From Candidatus Saccharimonadia bacterium (lineage in GTDB: Bacteria > Patescibacteriota > Saccharimonadia > UBA4664): 64,000 nucleotides of DNA. The translations under genes and the position numbers were made by a program. Within the stretch, counting starts at the first letter, position 1; every line of letters starts with the position of its first letter. Below the pieces are notes generated by a model. It was not told the DNA's origin, did not search any database, and saw nothing but the letters and a program-made list of their open reading frames with translations. Of this stretch, positions 44,720 to 54,712 are shown piece by piece. The stretch covers positions 128,299 to 192,298 of the forward strand of contig DATKIP010000076.1 of the NCBI GenBank assembly GCA_035544015.1, in the 5' to 3' direction.

Positions 44720-45457
44720 ATGAAGATGACCCGCTTCACGTCCACCATCGAGGTACCGACCGCCAACAGGCCGGCCTTCGCGGCGGCCTTGAGCGATCTG
44801 CTGAGCCGCTTCGACGGCAAAACCACAAGGAGTGCCCAGTTCGATTTCTCCCCGGAGTTCGTCGAACTCGAGCTCGGCACCCAGACCAACATCGCCCTGG
44901 TCGCCAACAACATCGAAACCGTCGACTAGCTCCGTGCCTACACCGAGGCCAAACTGGTCGCGCTGTCCGGCATCGGTTACCCCATGCTCAAAGAAATCGT
45001 CGTCGCGCTGGCCAAGTGCAGCCACACCCTGGCGGGCTGCACGATCGCCATCGACGACCAGATCGAGCTGCTCGAGCTGCAAGATGTCGCCTACCGAATT
45101 CTCAAGAAGAAAGGTTTCAACGCCATCTCGCAGCTGGTGGCTCTCGATGCGGTCGATCTCGAACTCGCTCTGGGTCGGCTGGTCACCGGGGTCACACGGG
45201 CGCTCGTCCAGATCAACCGCCCTCCGGCTCCGCTCAACCCCGACCGGCCGCTCGGCGCGGTCGTCGAGGGCGAGCATCTGGCGAGGCTACTCACCGAGGC
45301 AGGAGTCGACATCACGGCTGCCGTGGGGACCTTCACGGCGAGCGGCCTCCAGGCCGCACTGAGCGAGCACCCCCGCGTGTCCGACCCCTCCGCCCACGAA
45401 TGGGTGAGCCACATCCGGCTGCTCCTCGACCGGTGCGGCTACCAACTCCCGGACTAA
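44720..45457 (+). pseudogene. tandem paralog (copy 2) of the alpha-CTD-like HhH protein, interrupted by an in-frame TAG at 44927-44929 where copy 1 has CAG
   Basis: Collinear protein similarity to copy 1 across both halves, in the same reading frame. A single C-to-T change gives Q to stop. Downstream re-initiation is possible at ATG 44984. Confidence 0.55.
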
Positions 45458-45471
45458 CCAGGTAATACCCG

Positions 45472-45519
45472 CGGGGCGGGGCGGCCACAATGGCTGCCCC
45501 GCCCCGAAGCGTTTCTGCT
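45472..45519 (+). terminator. duplicated copy of the terminator hairpin after paralog copy 2 (weaker T-tract)
   Basis: cgcggggcggggcggccacaatggctgccccgcccc followed by gaagcgtttctgct. Confidence 0.35.
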
Positions 45520-45533
45520 AAAATATACCCACC

Positions 45534-46364
45534 ATGGATTTATCACGCGTCGAAGACGTCCGTACCGCCCTGCGCCTCGCGGGCATCAGACCCAACAAAG
45601 GTCTCGGCCAACATTTCCTGGTCGACCGCAGCAGCCTCGAGGCCATCGTGGACGCGGCGGCCGTCACGCGGTCCGACACCGTGCTCGAGATCGGGCCGGG
45701 GCTGGGCGTGATGACCCGCCCCCTCGCCGCCCAAGCCGGCCGCCTCATCGCCGTCGAGACCGACCATGTGCTGGCTGGCCTGCTGCGCCGCGACGCCCCC
45801 GAAAACCTCGAGGTGGTCGAGCAAGATTTTCTCACCTACAACCTCCGCACCCTGTCGCCACGCTACAAAGTGATTGCCAACATTCCCTACTACCTCACGT
45901 CCAAAATCTTCCGGCTGCTCATCGAAAGCCCCAACCCCCCGGCGCTCATGTCGGTCCTCATTCAAAAAGAAGTCGCCGAGCGCATCACGGCCCGCCCCGG
46001 TCAGCTCTCCATCCTGGCGTTATCAGTCCAGTATTACGGCCACGCCGAAATCGTGCGGATCGTTGAGCGGCACAAATTTTGGCCCGCGCCGGCCGTCGAC
46101 TCGGCCGTGTTGCGTGTCACCCTCACCGGCCCCGCCTTCCCCGCCGACCCCGCCAAATTATTTCGCCTCATCAAGGCCGGCTTTGGTGAAAAGCGCAAAT
46201 TGCTCAAAAACGCCCTCTCCGGCGGCCTCAACCTTTCATCCGACCTCGCTGTCGAACTCATCGCCCACGCCAAATTACCCCCTACCGCGCGCGCCCAGGA
46301 GCTCGACCTGCCGGCCTGGCGGCGCCTCTACAACGTAACCGAAACAAGGAGTCTGCTCGGATGA
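45534..46364 (+). CDS. rsmA: 16S rRNA (adenine1518/1519-N6)-dimethyltransferase
   Basis: LGQHFL, VLEIGPG.G and NIPY motifs. Confidence 0.85.
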   Translation: MDLSRVEDVRTALRLAGIRPNKGLGQHFLVDRSSLEAIVDAAAVTRSDTVLEIGPGLGVMTRPLAAQAGRLIAVETDHVLAGLLRRDAPENLEVVEQDFLTYNLRTLSPRYKVIANIPYYLTSKIFRLLIESPNPPALMSVLIQKEVAERITARPGQLSILALSVQYYGHAEIVRIVERHKFWPAPAVDSAVLRVTLTGPAFPADPAKLFRLIKAGFGEKRKLLKNALSGGLNLSSDLAVELIAHAKLPPTARAQELDLPAWRRLYNVTETRSLLG

Positions 46365-47101
46365 TGAAGTTTCTCGGCCATGTCCTCGCGTTATTGCTCG
46401 CTACCACGATTGTCGTGGCGGTTTGGGGTTTTGTGCTCGGCCGCACGCTGGGGAGCGCTAGCTATCTCGAGCATCAGGCCAGCCAGGCCCAGCTCTACGA
46501 GCGGCTCGGCACCGCAGTCCCCGAAGCTGCGATTGATCCCGCCGATCTCGCCAACCGTGTCAACGCCGTTTTGCCAGGATTCATCGACCACCTCACCAAA
46601 GGCACACCGGCCCCCACCTTCGCGCTGCCCGGCGGCGACTCCCAGACCCTCACCCTCGGCGGCGCCGACGAACAAGTCACCGACGCCTTTGCCGTCCTGC
46701 GCCCGGCCGCCATGAGCGCGCCCTTCGTCGCCCTGGCGCTCGTATTGCTAATCATCGGCGTGATGCGCGCCCGGCGCTTGCTAGTGCTCAGCCGGGCCGG
46801 CCTCCAGGCCGCCATCAGTCTCGCCGCCTCCGCCGCGCTGCTGTGGTTTGCGCCGAGCCTCATTCTATCGCTCCTCGACAAACCCGACACCGCCGCCATC
46901 CGGCCCGTCATCGCGCCGTTCCTCGAATCGGTGCTGCACGGCATAGCCACCCAGCTGGCCGCTGCCGCCCTCGCCCTGCTCATTATCACCATCGCCCTGC
47001 GGCTCGTCCACAGCGCCGGACTCCTCAAAAACCGCTTCATCAAGCCAAAACCGCCCGCCAAGCCTCAAATCCCACCCGCCCCCGGATCGGTCCGAAACTA
47101 A
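46361..47101 (+). CDS. membrane protein, hypothetical
   Basis: ATGA overlap with rsmA. Several TM helices. Confidence 0.55.
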   Translation: MMKFLGHVLALLLATTIVVAVWGFVLGRTLGSASYLEHQASQAQLYERLGTAVPEAAIDPADLANRVNAVLPGFIDHLTKGTPAPTFALPGGDSQTLTLGGADEQVTDAFAVLRPAAMSAPFVALALVLLIIGVMRARRLLVLSRAGLQAAISLAASAALLWFAPSLILSLLDKPDTAAIRPVIAPFLESVLHGIATQLAAAALALLIITIALRLVHSAGLLKNRFIKPKPPAKPQIPPAPGSVRN

Positions 47102-47661
47102 TGGATGCTCAACACGAGCAACATCTCGACCATATGGGGCCTAAGTTCGACGAAGCCAAGCGTACAGCCCGCGAGCTCGAGTTGGGAAGATTCGCCCAGG
47201 AACAAGGCCTCAGCTCCGAAGATCCGCAGTCGCTGCTCGACCTCCTCGTGGAGTCTGGTCGCACCGCCAGAGCAGACTACATTGCCATTTTCGATAAAGC
47301 TCACGAAGCCGGCCTGCTCAGCGACGGAGTCTCGAGCCACCTCGCTACGTCACTGCGCTATCTTCTCGAAATTGCCGACCGGTCAACGCCGATTTTTGAG
47401 GTTGCCAGGAGTAGCCCAGACGACGTCTGCGAGCAAGAAGTTCTCGACCAGTGGAACGATTTAGAAATGCTCTATGGTATCGACAAGACCACCTCAAAAG
47501 GCACCTTGGCGGCCGATGAGGCTGAGCCCGACATCGCAAAACGAAGCATCCGGTACGCTGATAGAATTAAGTCCGGCATGGTTATATTTGAAGCCAACGA
47601 CGGCGCCACGATAACCTGGGGAGCGGGCGCCACCTGGCCCCGACCAAGTCTGAACGCATAG
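47101..47661 (+). CDS. hypothetical protein
   Basis: TAATG overlap with the upstream gene. 186 aa. Confidence 0.5.
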   Translation: MDAQHEQHLDHMGPKFDEAKRTARELELGRFAQEQGLSSEDPQSLLDLLVESGRTARADYIAIFDKAHEAGLLSDGVSSHLATSLRYLLEIADRSTPIFEVARSSPDDVCEQEVLDQWNDLEMLYGIDKTTSKGTLAADEAEPDIAKRSIRYADRIKSGMVIFEANDGATITWGAGATWPRPSLNA

Positions 47662-47805
47662 CGTTTTTTATATCACATATGGTATCCCCTGAACCCATAT
47701 ATGATATAAAATCGCCCATGCATGCTACAAACCCCGTCCCGAAAAAGCGCCACCCAGCCGCCACCCCTTATAAGCGACCCCGCCATATGATACGATAACC
47801 GCCAT

Positions 47806-49242
47806 ATGGCCAAATTTTACGTCACCACCGCCTCCGCCTACACCAACGGCCCGCCGCACATCGGCTACGCCATGGAGCTCATCCAGGGCGACGTCCTGGC
47901 GCGCTACCACCGCCAAAAAGGCGACGAAGTCTGGTACGTCACCGGCACCGACGAGCACGGCACCAAGATCAAGCGCGCTGCCGACGAGGCCGGGAAAACT
48001 CCCCAAGCTTACACCGACGAGATCAGCCAACTCTTCCGCGATCTCGCCCCGGCCCTGGGCGTCGCCACCGACCAATTTGTGCGCTCCACCGACCCGGCTC
48101 ACGAGAAAGTCGCGCAGGCACTGTGGAAAGCCTGCGAAAAAGATATTTACAAAGCCAAATACCAGGGCTGGTACTGTGTCGGCTGCGAAACGTTTTACAC
48201 CGAAATCGACGTCCCCGACCATATCTGCCCCATCCACAAAAAGCCCATCGAGCACATTGCTGAGGAAAATTATTTCTTCAAGCTCAGCGCCTACACTGAT
48301 CGCATTAAAGAACTCATCACTTCCGACCAGCTGCTCATCCGCCCTGCCTCACGCAAGAACGAAATTATGGCCCTACTCGAGCGCGGCCTCGAAGACATCA
48401 GTATTAGCCGCGACAAAAAACAGCTTACCTGGGGCGTACCGGTGCCGGGCGACCCCGAGCAGGTAATGTACGTATGGTTCGATGCGCTCGGTTTCTACAT
48501 CTCTGCCCTCGGCTACCCCGACGCCGACAAGTTCAAGCAATTTTGGCCCGCCGACGTCCAAATCGTCGGCAAAGACATCCTCCGCCACCATGCCGCCATT
48601 TGGCCCGCCATGCTGCTGTCCGCCGGCCTGCCGCCCGAGCGCAGCCTCTACGCCCACGGCTTTATCTCGAGCGAAGGCCACAAAATGAGCAAATCCCTCG
48701 GCAACGTCGTTAGCCCCGGCGACGTCATCGCCAAATACGGCGTCGACGCCCTGCGCTACTACCTGTTGCGCGAAATCCCCTCCGACGGCGACGGCGATTT
48801 CTCGTGGGCGCGCATGGAATCCGTCTACAACGCCGACCTCGCCAATGACCTCGGCAACCTCGTACAGCGCGTGCAGGTCATGATCGGCAAGTACCAAAAA
48901 GGCGTCATCGGCGAACTGCCGCCGCACTCCCACGACATCCAGCCGTTCGAAGAAGCCATGAGCGACCTGCGCTTCGACCGCGCGCTGGCCGAGGTATGGC
49001 TGCTCATCCGCGGCCTCAACCAACTCATCGAAGAAGAAAAGCCCTGGGAGCTGGCCGACGGCGGCAAGCGGGCCGATCCCAGTCACCTCGCCGAAGTCCT
49101 GCACCACGCCGTCACCGACCTCATCCAGATAGCCACGCTGCTGATGCCGTTTATGCCCGCTACAGCGCAAAAAATCGCCGCTACCTTCGCCGGCGGCGCC
49201 GTCCATCCCGAGATCGGCGTGCTGTTCCCCAAGGACAAATAA
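47806..49242 (+). CDS. metG: methionyl-tRNA synthetase (short form, no C-terminal appended domain)
   Basis: HIGYAM (HIGH) motif. KMSKS motif. CxxC knuckle CVGCE..CPIH. Confidence 0.9.
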   Translation: MAKFYVTTASAYTNGPPHIGYAMELIQGDVLARYHRQKGDEVWYVTGTDEHGTKIKRAADEAGKTPQAYTDEISQLFRDLAPALGVATDQFVRSTDPAHEKVAQALWKACEKDIYKAKYQGWYCVGCETFYTEIDVPDHICPIHKKPIEHIAEENYFFKLSAYTDRIKELITSDQLLIRPASRKNEIMALLERGLEDISISRDKKQLTWGVPVPGDPEQVMYVWFDALGFYISALGYPDADKFKQFWPADVQIVGKDILRHHAAIWPAMLLSAGLPPERSLYAHGFISSEGHKMSKSLGNVVSPGDVIAKYGVDALRYYLLREIPSDGDGDFSWARMESVYNADLANDLGNLVQRVQVMIGKYQKGVIGELPPHSHDIQPFEEAMSDLRFDRALAEVWLLIRGLNQLIEEEKPWELADGGKRADPSHLAEVLHHAVTDLIQIATLLMPFMPATAQKIAATFAGGAVHPEIGVLFPKDK

Positions 49243-49244
49243 TT

Positions 49245-50006
49245 GTGCTCATCGACACCCACTCCCACGTCCACTTCCAAGAATTCCGCCCCGAGCTCGA
49301 CACGATCCTCGACCACGCCCACGCTGCCGGGGTCGAAAAAATCCTCACTGTCGGCTGCAACGACACCGATTCGGCCGAAGCCGTAGCCGTCGCGCGCGCC
49401 CACCAAAACCTCTGGGCCACCGTCGGCCTCCATCCCCACGACGCCGACCGCGGCTACGAGGCGCTCGAAGAAATCGCTCGTCTGGCCGAATTCGACAAAG
49501 TCGTGGCGATAGGGGAGTGCGGCCTCGACAACTTCCGCTCCCAAACCACCCCCGAAGACCAGGAGCGCGCCTTGCGGTTTCAGATCGAGCTCGGCCTCGA
49601 GCGCGATTTGCCCATGATCTTCCACGTTCGCGACGCCTTTCCGCAATTTTTCGCCATCCTCGACGAATACCGCGGCGACGGCGTGCGCGGCCTCGTGCAT
49701 TGCTTCACCGCCGGCATGCCTGAGCTCGAGGGCTCATTAGAGCGCGGTCTCTCCATCGCGCTTAACGGCATCATGACCTTCACCAAAGACCCGGCCCAGC
49801 TCGACGCCGCGAAGGCCGTCCCGCTGGATCGGCTCGTGCTCGAAACCGACTGCCCCTTCCTGGCGCCCGTGCCCCTGCGCGGCAAACGCAACGAGCCGGC
49901 CAACATCGTCCACACCGCCAAATTCCTGGCCCAGCTTCGCGGCGAAGCGCTCGAAGACCTCGAAACCGCCACCACTCAAAATGCCGAAAAACTGTTCCAA
50001 ATTTAG
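49245..50006 (+). CDS. tatD: TatD-family metal-dependent DNase/hydrolase (GTG start)
   Basis: LIDTHSHVHF start. GLHPH, GECGLD and HCF motifs. Confidence 0.85.
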   Translation: MLIDTHSHVHFQEFRPELDTILDHAHAAGVEKILTVGCNDTDSAEAVAVARAHQNLWATVGLHPHDADRGYEALEEIARLAEFDKVVAIGECGLDNFRSQTTPEDQERALRFQIELGLERDLPMIFHVRDAFPQFFAILDEYRGDGVRGLVHCFTAGMPELEGSLERGLSIALNGIMTFTKDPAQLDAAKAVPLDRLVLETDCPFLAPVPLRGKRNEPANIVHTAKFLAQLRGEALEDLETATTQNAEKLFQI

Positions 50007-50020
50007 CCTTGCATGTTCGC

Positions 50021-50040
50021 CATATGTTCGGTATGATGAA
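50021..50040 (-). promoter_or_regulatory. conserved motif (copy 3, reverse orientation): TCATCATACCGAACATATGG
   Basis: The reverse complement of 50021-50040 matches copies at 11535 and 13998 over CATCATACCGAACATAT. Confidence 0.35.
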
Positions 50041-50275
50041 TACATCATATCTTATTAATGAGGCATACTTATGGTTGAAGCCCAATCGATGGTGCATTAT
50101 CATAGCACTATGAAACGCGCTACGTTTGCCAACATCGCAAAGCAATCCTGGAATAATCTCCTCGATTCCCTGGATATGCGTCAACGCAGGGAAGTACGTC
50201 CACTGCGTGCCGGAGAAACCGTCGAGCGCGCCTGGCTCAATACCGGAAGACACCTCCGCAGAGCAATGGACAATT

Positions 50276-50665
50276 ATGACAAAACCACGCCGCAATCCCG
50301 CTCCGCCCGCCCATCTCGCTAATTCTTCACTCATTGGTATTAAGCTCCATGAGGGACCCTTGCCTACGCCGGCCGATTTTGCAGCCTACGAACAGGCGCA
50401 GCCCGGGGCCGCCGATCGGTTGCTGAAGATGGCAGAACTCGATCAGAAAGCCGGGGTAGCGGATATGCGCGTACAAAGACTCACAAACTTTGTTCTCGAT
50501 CTCCTATCCCAAGCTTTTTTATACTGTCTCGTGCTAGCTGCAGTATACTTAGCTCTCCACGACAAACCGCTCGAGGCCTTTTTTGCCGGCCTCGCCCCCA
50601 TTGTAATCGCCATCTATGCCAATACCCGGAAAAAGACTACCCAATCCACCGATGAAGACCAATAA
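50276..50665 (+). CDS. DUF2335-like predicted membrane protein (start uncertain)
   Basis: HEGPLPTPADFAAYEQAQPGAADRLLKMAELDQ followed by a TM helix. The ORF track starts at 50126. Confidence 0.45.
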   Translation: MTKPRRNPAPPAHLANSSLIGIKLHEGPLPTPADFAAYEQAQPGAADRLLKMAELDQKAGVADMRVQRLTNFVLDLLSQAFLYCLVLAAVYLALHDKPLEAFFAGLAPIVIAIYANTRKKTTQSTDEDQ

Positions 50666-51836
50666 ATCCATCTACCTCGATCACGCCGCCGCCACACCGC
50701 TCAACCCCGCGGTGCTTACGGCTATGCAGCCGTACCTGGGCGCGGAGTTCGCCAACCCATCGAGCCTCTACGCCGCCGCCCGTGAGACGCGGCTGGCCGT
50801 CGAAGCCTCACGGGCCGATATTGCCAATGTGCTCGGCGCCAAGCCTACCGAAATCATCTTCACGAGCGGCGGCACCGAGGGCAACAATCTGGCCATCCAG
50901 GGAGTTTTGCGAGCCCATCCCGGCGCGCACTGGATCACCAGCGCTATCGAGCATGACGCAGTTCTTGGCTGTGTGGAGGCACTAAAGCGCGAGGGTCATG
51001 CCGCCACCATAGTGCCCGTACAGCCATCCGGAACCGTCGCGCTCCAAGCCATTGGCACCGCCATCACCGATACCACCGTGCTTGTGAGTGTCATGCTGGC
51101 CAACAACGAAATCGGCACCATCCAGCCCGTGGCCGACGTCGCCAAATTGCTTGCCGTCGTGCGCGCCGACCGCGCCAAGCGCGGCGTCACGCTTCCGCTC
51201 TACCTCCAGACCGACGCCGTGCAGGCCGCCAACTACCTCGATCTGCACGTCGCTCGCCTCGGCGTCGACCTCCTCACACTAAACGGCTCCAAAATCTATG
51301 GCCCCAAAGGCACCGGCGCGCTCTACGTGCGCCATGGCACCGTGCTCGAGCCGCTGATGTACGGCGGCGGCCAAGAGCGCGGCCGGCGCAGTGGCACCGA
51401 AAACGTGGCCGGCATCGTGGGCCTCGCCGCCGCCCTCAAGCTCGCGGCCACTACCCGCGACGCCGAGTCACACCGTCTGACACTGCTGCGCGACCAGCTG
51501 GCGGCCGAGCTCACCGCCACCATTCCTGGTGTCATCCTCAACGGTCATCCTCGCCATCGCCTACCCAATAATCTCAACCTCACCATCCCTGGCGCCGAAG
51601 GCGAGGCCCTGGTGCTGTATCTGGACAACGCTGGCATACAGGCCTCCACTGGCTCGGCGTGTTCCACTGGCAATCTCGACCCGTCGCACGTGCTGCTCGC
51701 GCTCGGCCGCACCCCTGCCGAGGCCAACGCCAGCCTGCGCCTCACGCTCGGCCGCTCCACCGACGCCAATGCCGTCGCCGTGGTGGCCGAAAAACTTCCC
51801 CCAATTGTCGCACGCCTGCGCGAACTTCAACTCTAA
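50652..51836 (+). CDS. cysteine desulfurase (IscS/NifS family)
   Basis: IYLDHAATTP-like start. FTSGGTEGNN motif. PLP-lysine region SGSKIYGPKG. Catalytic-cysteine loop STGSACS. Confidence 0.85.
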   Translation: MKTNKSIYLDHAAATPLNPAVLTAMQPYLGAEFANPSSLYAAARETRLAVEASRADIANVLGAKPTEIIFTSGGTEGNNLAIQGVLRAHPGAHWITSAIEHDAVLGCVEALKREGHAATIVPVQPSGTVALQAIGTAITDTTVLVSVMLANNEIGTIQPVADVAKLLAVVRADRAKRGVTLPLYLQTDAVQAANYLDLHVARLGVDLLTLNGSKIYGPKGTGALYVRHGTVLEPLMYGGGQERGRRSGTENVAGIVGLAAALKLAATTRDAESHRLTLLRDQLAAELTATIPGVILNGHPRHRLPNNLNLTIPGAEGEALVLYLDNAGIQASTGSACSTGNLDPSHVLLALGRTPAEANASLRLTLGRSTDANAVAVVAEKLPPIVARLRELQL

Positions 51837-51920
51837 AGTCGGCCTATAATTCCTAGGTTTTACGTTGCCCTAGGCATATGATGATCCTGCATGTATACAA
51901 GCCACCAGGAGGTGATCTAC

Positions 51921-52586
51921 ATGCGCAGAACCACCCTTGCGGCCGCCATATGCGCGGTCGCAGCGCTCCCTCTCGCCGGTTGTCAAGCCGGTAGTGGCGG
52001 TCCCACCGTCACTACCGCTAATCCCACCGTCCCGGCTCCCGCGACCACCGGCACCGTCCAGCCGCCGGTTGCCACCACGTCCCCGCGCAGCACGCCCGTG
52101 CCGCCCCGACCCTCCGCCGTCAAGCGCGTTTGCGGCGACACTAGCCGGTGGAATACCGCACCGCAAGGTGAGGACGTCCTGCCGGTCCGGGAAGCGCTAC
52201 TCGGCCCCACTCCCGGCAGCCACGACACCTGCGATCGCGTGCGGTTCGACGTCAAAACCGCCGCCAAGGTGGGGTGGGATGTCCGGTACGTGCCCGAGCT
52301 CACGGCCGATGGCAGCGGCAAGCACCTTGATGTGGCCGGCGGCGCCGTGCTCCAGGTGACCATCCAGGCGCCCCTGCTCAGCCAGGTCACCACCCACGAG
52401 CCCGGCGACGTCCTGGCTGATCGCGCTGAGTGGCCAGCCATGGTGCAGATCGTGTTCGCGGGCTCTCACGAGAGCGTGTCCAGCTTCGGCCTCGGGGTCC
52501 GCAAAGGCCAGCGCCCCTTCCGCGTCTGGACCAAAGTAGCGGACGGAGTGCGCAGCATCATCGTGGACATCGCCTACTCCGGGTAG
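51921..52586 (+). CDS. lipoprotein, hypothetical
   Basis: Perfect SD AGGAGGTGATC upstream. Lipobox LPLAGC. Architecture resembles the 43249 protein. Confidence 0.6.
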   Translation: MRRTTLAAAICAVAALPLAGCQAGSGGPTVTTANPTVPAPATTGTVQPPVATTSPRSTPVPPRPSAVKRVCGDTSRWNTAPQGEDVLPVREALLGPTPGSHDTCDRVRFDVKTAAKVGWDVRYVPELTADGSGKHLDVAGGAVLQVTIQAPLLSQVTTHEPGDVLADRAEWPAMVQIVFAGSHESVSSFGLGVRKGQRPFRVWTKVADGVRSIIVDIAYSG

Positions 52587-52695
52587 CCCGCCGCACCTCG
52601 CGGCATCATCCGCCCACCGATGGCGATGGAGAGTAGCCGGCTCTCCATCGCCATCCCGGCATCATTGCCGGGCCGTCGCCTGCTACAATAACACC

Positions 52696-53289
52696 ATGAA
52701 ACGGTTCTTTGTGGCGTTGGTGATTTTGGCAGGCGCAGTCGGCGCGCTGGCCGTCACTTTTTTCTTTGGCATCGGCTATTATCTTTCCCCACAAGACCCT
52801 CTCGCCAAGGCTGACGCCGTGGTCGCCATCTCCGGGGGCGAAACCAAAACCCGCACCGCCGAAGCTATCAAACTCTATCAGGACGGCTATGCCGCCCACC
52901 TCATCTTTTCTGGTGCCGCTCTCGATCCCAATAGCCCGTCCAACGCCAAAACCATGGGCGCGACGGCACGCGACGCCGGCGTGCCCAGCGCCGCCATTGC
53001 ACTCGATGAGCTCGCCAACAACACGCGCGAAAACGCCAATGGAGTCGCGGCCATTATTCGCGACAAACATCTGCACTCGATTATTCTCGTCACCTCGCCC
53101 TACCACCAGCGCCGGGCCTATCTGGAGTTTCGGCGGGCGCTCGGCCAAGATTTCGTCATTATCAACCACTCCTCGTATGACGGCGAGTGGCGCCGGTCGC
53201 ACTGGTGGGCCACGCCTACCAGCCGTTCGCTCACCTTCGCCGAGCTGCAAAAGGTGTTGTACGAGCTCGCCAGCGGGAACCCGCAATGA
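52696..53289 (+). CDS. DUF218 (YdcF/ElyC-like) domain protein
   Basis: N-terminal TM helix. AVVAISGGE..R and ILVTS.YHQRRA motifs. Confidence 0.7.
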   Translation: MKRFFVALVILAGAVGALAVTFFFGIGYYLSPQDPLAKADAVVAISGGETKTRTAEAIKLYQDGYAAHLIFSGAALDPNSPSNAKTMGATARDAGVPSAAIALDELANNTRENANGVAAIIRDKHLHSIILVTSPYHQRRAYLEFRRALGQDFVIINHSSYDGEWRRSHWWATPTSRSLTFAELQKVLYELASGNPQ

Positions 53290-54257
53290 TCAGCCTCCTC
53301 GTAGCGCTCGGTATCCTGGCGGCAGTTGGCTACGGCGCGTATCAGGGCACCCGTCGTGGGCTCATCATCATCGCGTTTGAGTTTGTGAGTTTTGCCCTGG
53401 CCACCCTCACGGCGATCGTGATCTACCACCCGCTGGGGACGGTCGTCAAAACCATTGCCGGCGTTAATATCGCGCTGGGCAACGTCGCCGCTTTTGTGAC
53501 CGTCTGGACCGTTTCGGAGGTGCTCTGCGCGCTGTTTGTGCACTTTGTGGTGCTCCGGCGCCTCCCTCCGCAAGTCCACTTTTCGAACCTCAACCGGGCC
53601 GGCGGAGGCCTCTTTGGCGCCTTCAAGACCGCCGCTATCATCACCCTCGCGCTCATCGTGTTTGACGGCCTGCCCATCGCCGCCTCCATCAAAAAACCCG
53701 TCATCACTGCGCCGGTGGCTGCCCAATTTATCGCGGCCAGCGGCGATTTGCAGCCCCGGCTTGCCGCGGGGCTCGGCCGCGACATCAACGACAGCTTCGA
53801 TTTTTTCACCATTACCGCCAGCCCCGAGAGCGAGGTCCATATCGATCTCGGCTTCACTACCACCAATTTTACCGTTGACTCCCATCTCGAGGCCGATATG
53901 CTGGGCCTCATTAACCACGAGCGCACCTTGCAAGGTCTGCCGTCGCTCACTCTCAACCTCAAGGCTCGCGCCGTCGCGCGCGCCTACTCCGCCGAAATGT
54001 TTACCCACGGCTATTTCTCGCACATCGACGCCGCCGGCAAATCACCGTTCGACCGCATGAAGACCGGCGGCGTTAGCTTTACCAGCGCCGGCGAAAACCT
54101 AGCCCTCGCCCCCACGCTCAGCCTCGCCCACGATGGCCTCATGAAATCGCCCGAGCACCGCGCCAACATCCTCTCGTCGGCGTATCGCACGGTGGGCATC
54201 GGTGTGGTTGACGGCGGGCCCTATGGGCTCATGATCACGCAGGACTTCACGGATTAG
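53286..54257 (+). CDS. CvpA-like membrane domain fused to CAP/SCP (YkwD-like) extracellular domain
   Basis: Four TM helices, then INHERTLQGLPSL...HGYFSH...GENLA...HRANIL, which is typical of the CAP domain. ATGA overlap with the upstream gene. Confidence 0.7.
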   Translation: MISLLVALGILAAVGYGAYQGTRRGLIIIAFEFVSFALATLTAIVIYHPLGTVVKTIAGVNIALGNVAAFVTVWTVSEVLCALFVHFVVLRRLPPQVHFSNLNRAGGGLFGAFKTAAIITLALIVFDGLPIAASIKKPVITAPVAAQFIAASGDLQPRLAAGLGRDINDSFDFFTITASPESEVHIDLGFTTTNFTVDSHLEADMLGLINHERTLQGLPSLTLNLKARAVARAYSAEMFTHGYFSHIDAAGKSPFDRMKTGGVSFTSAGENLALAPTLSLAHDGLMKSPEHRANILSSAYRTVGIGVVDGGPYGLMITQDFTD

Positions 54258-54712
54258 CTCGTTTCGGTGAGCCTTCAAACTTGCCGTATTTGAAATAGAT
54301 GTTAAAGTCGTATCACGTCTACTCCCTACCGGAAGGAACAGTCGTGAGCGTTTCTCCGTTATCCGACGGCCGGAGGCCCGGCGAAGTGCTGGAGGCCTGC
54401 GAAGACCCGAAGATGGACCTCATCTTCAACAGCCCGGCCTACCAGGATGGCATCGTCGACGGCCTGCATGAGGCAATCGCAACGGCCATCACTAGAGGAG
54501 GCGATCCCCTAGAGGACCCCCAGTGGGGCGGTCCCTCACCGTCTCGCCACAGTAGCGGAGTCTCCTACACCTACTAGGCCGCCGCACGGCACTATCCGGC
54601 GCCCGGGCATCAAGCTCGGGCGCCGGTCTCCTTTTAGGCGCCACACACCGCCATCCCCAGCCCAACCAAACTGATTGTCCAAATCTCCATATTTCGTTAA
54701 AATTGTCCAATT

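Noticed and set aside
44927-44929. Alternative genetic code reassigning TAG to an amino acid
   Set aside because: TAG is used as the terminal stop of several confident genes in this window (4523 ORF, xre, pyk, the epimerase), so standard code 11 applies. The in-frame TAG is more likely a nonsense mutation or an error.
54299-54577. 92-aa ORF 54299..54577 and 83-aa ORF 50071..50322
   Set aside because: No SD or recognisable motif. Composition is borderline. They may be real small genes but are not supported well enough to list as features.
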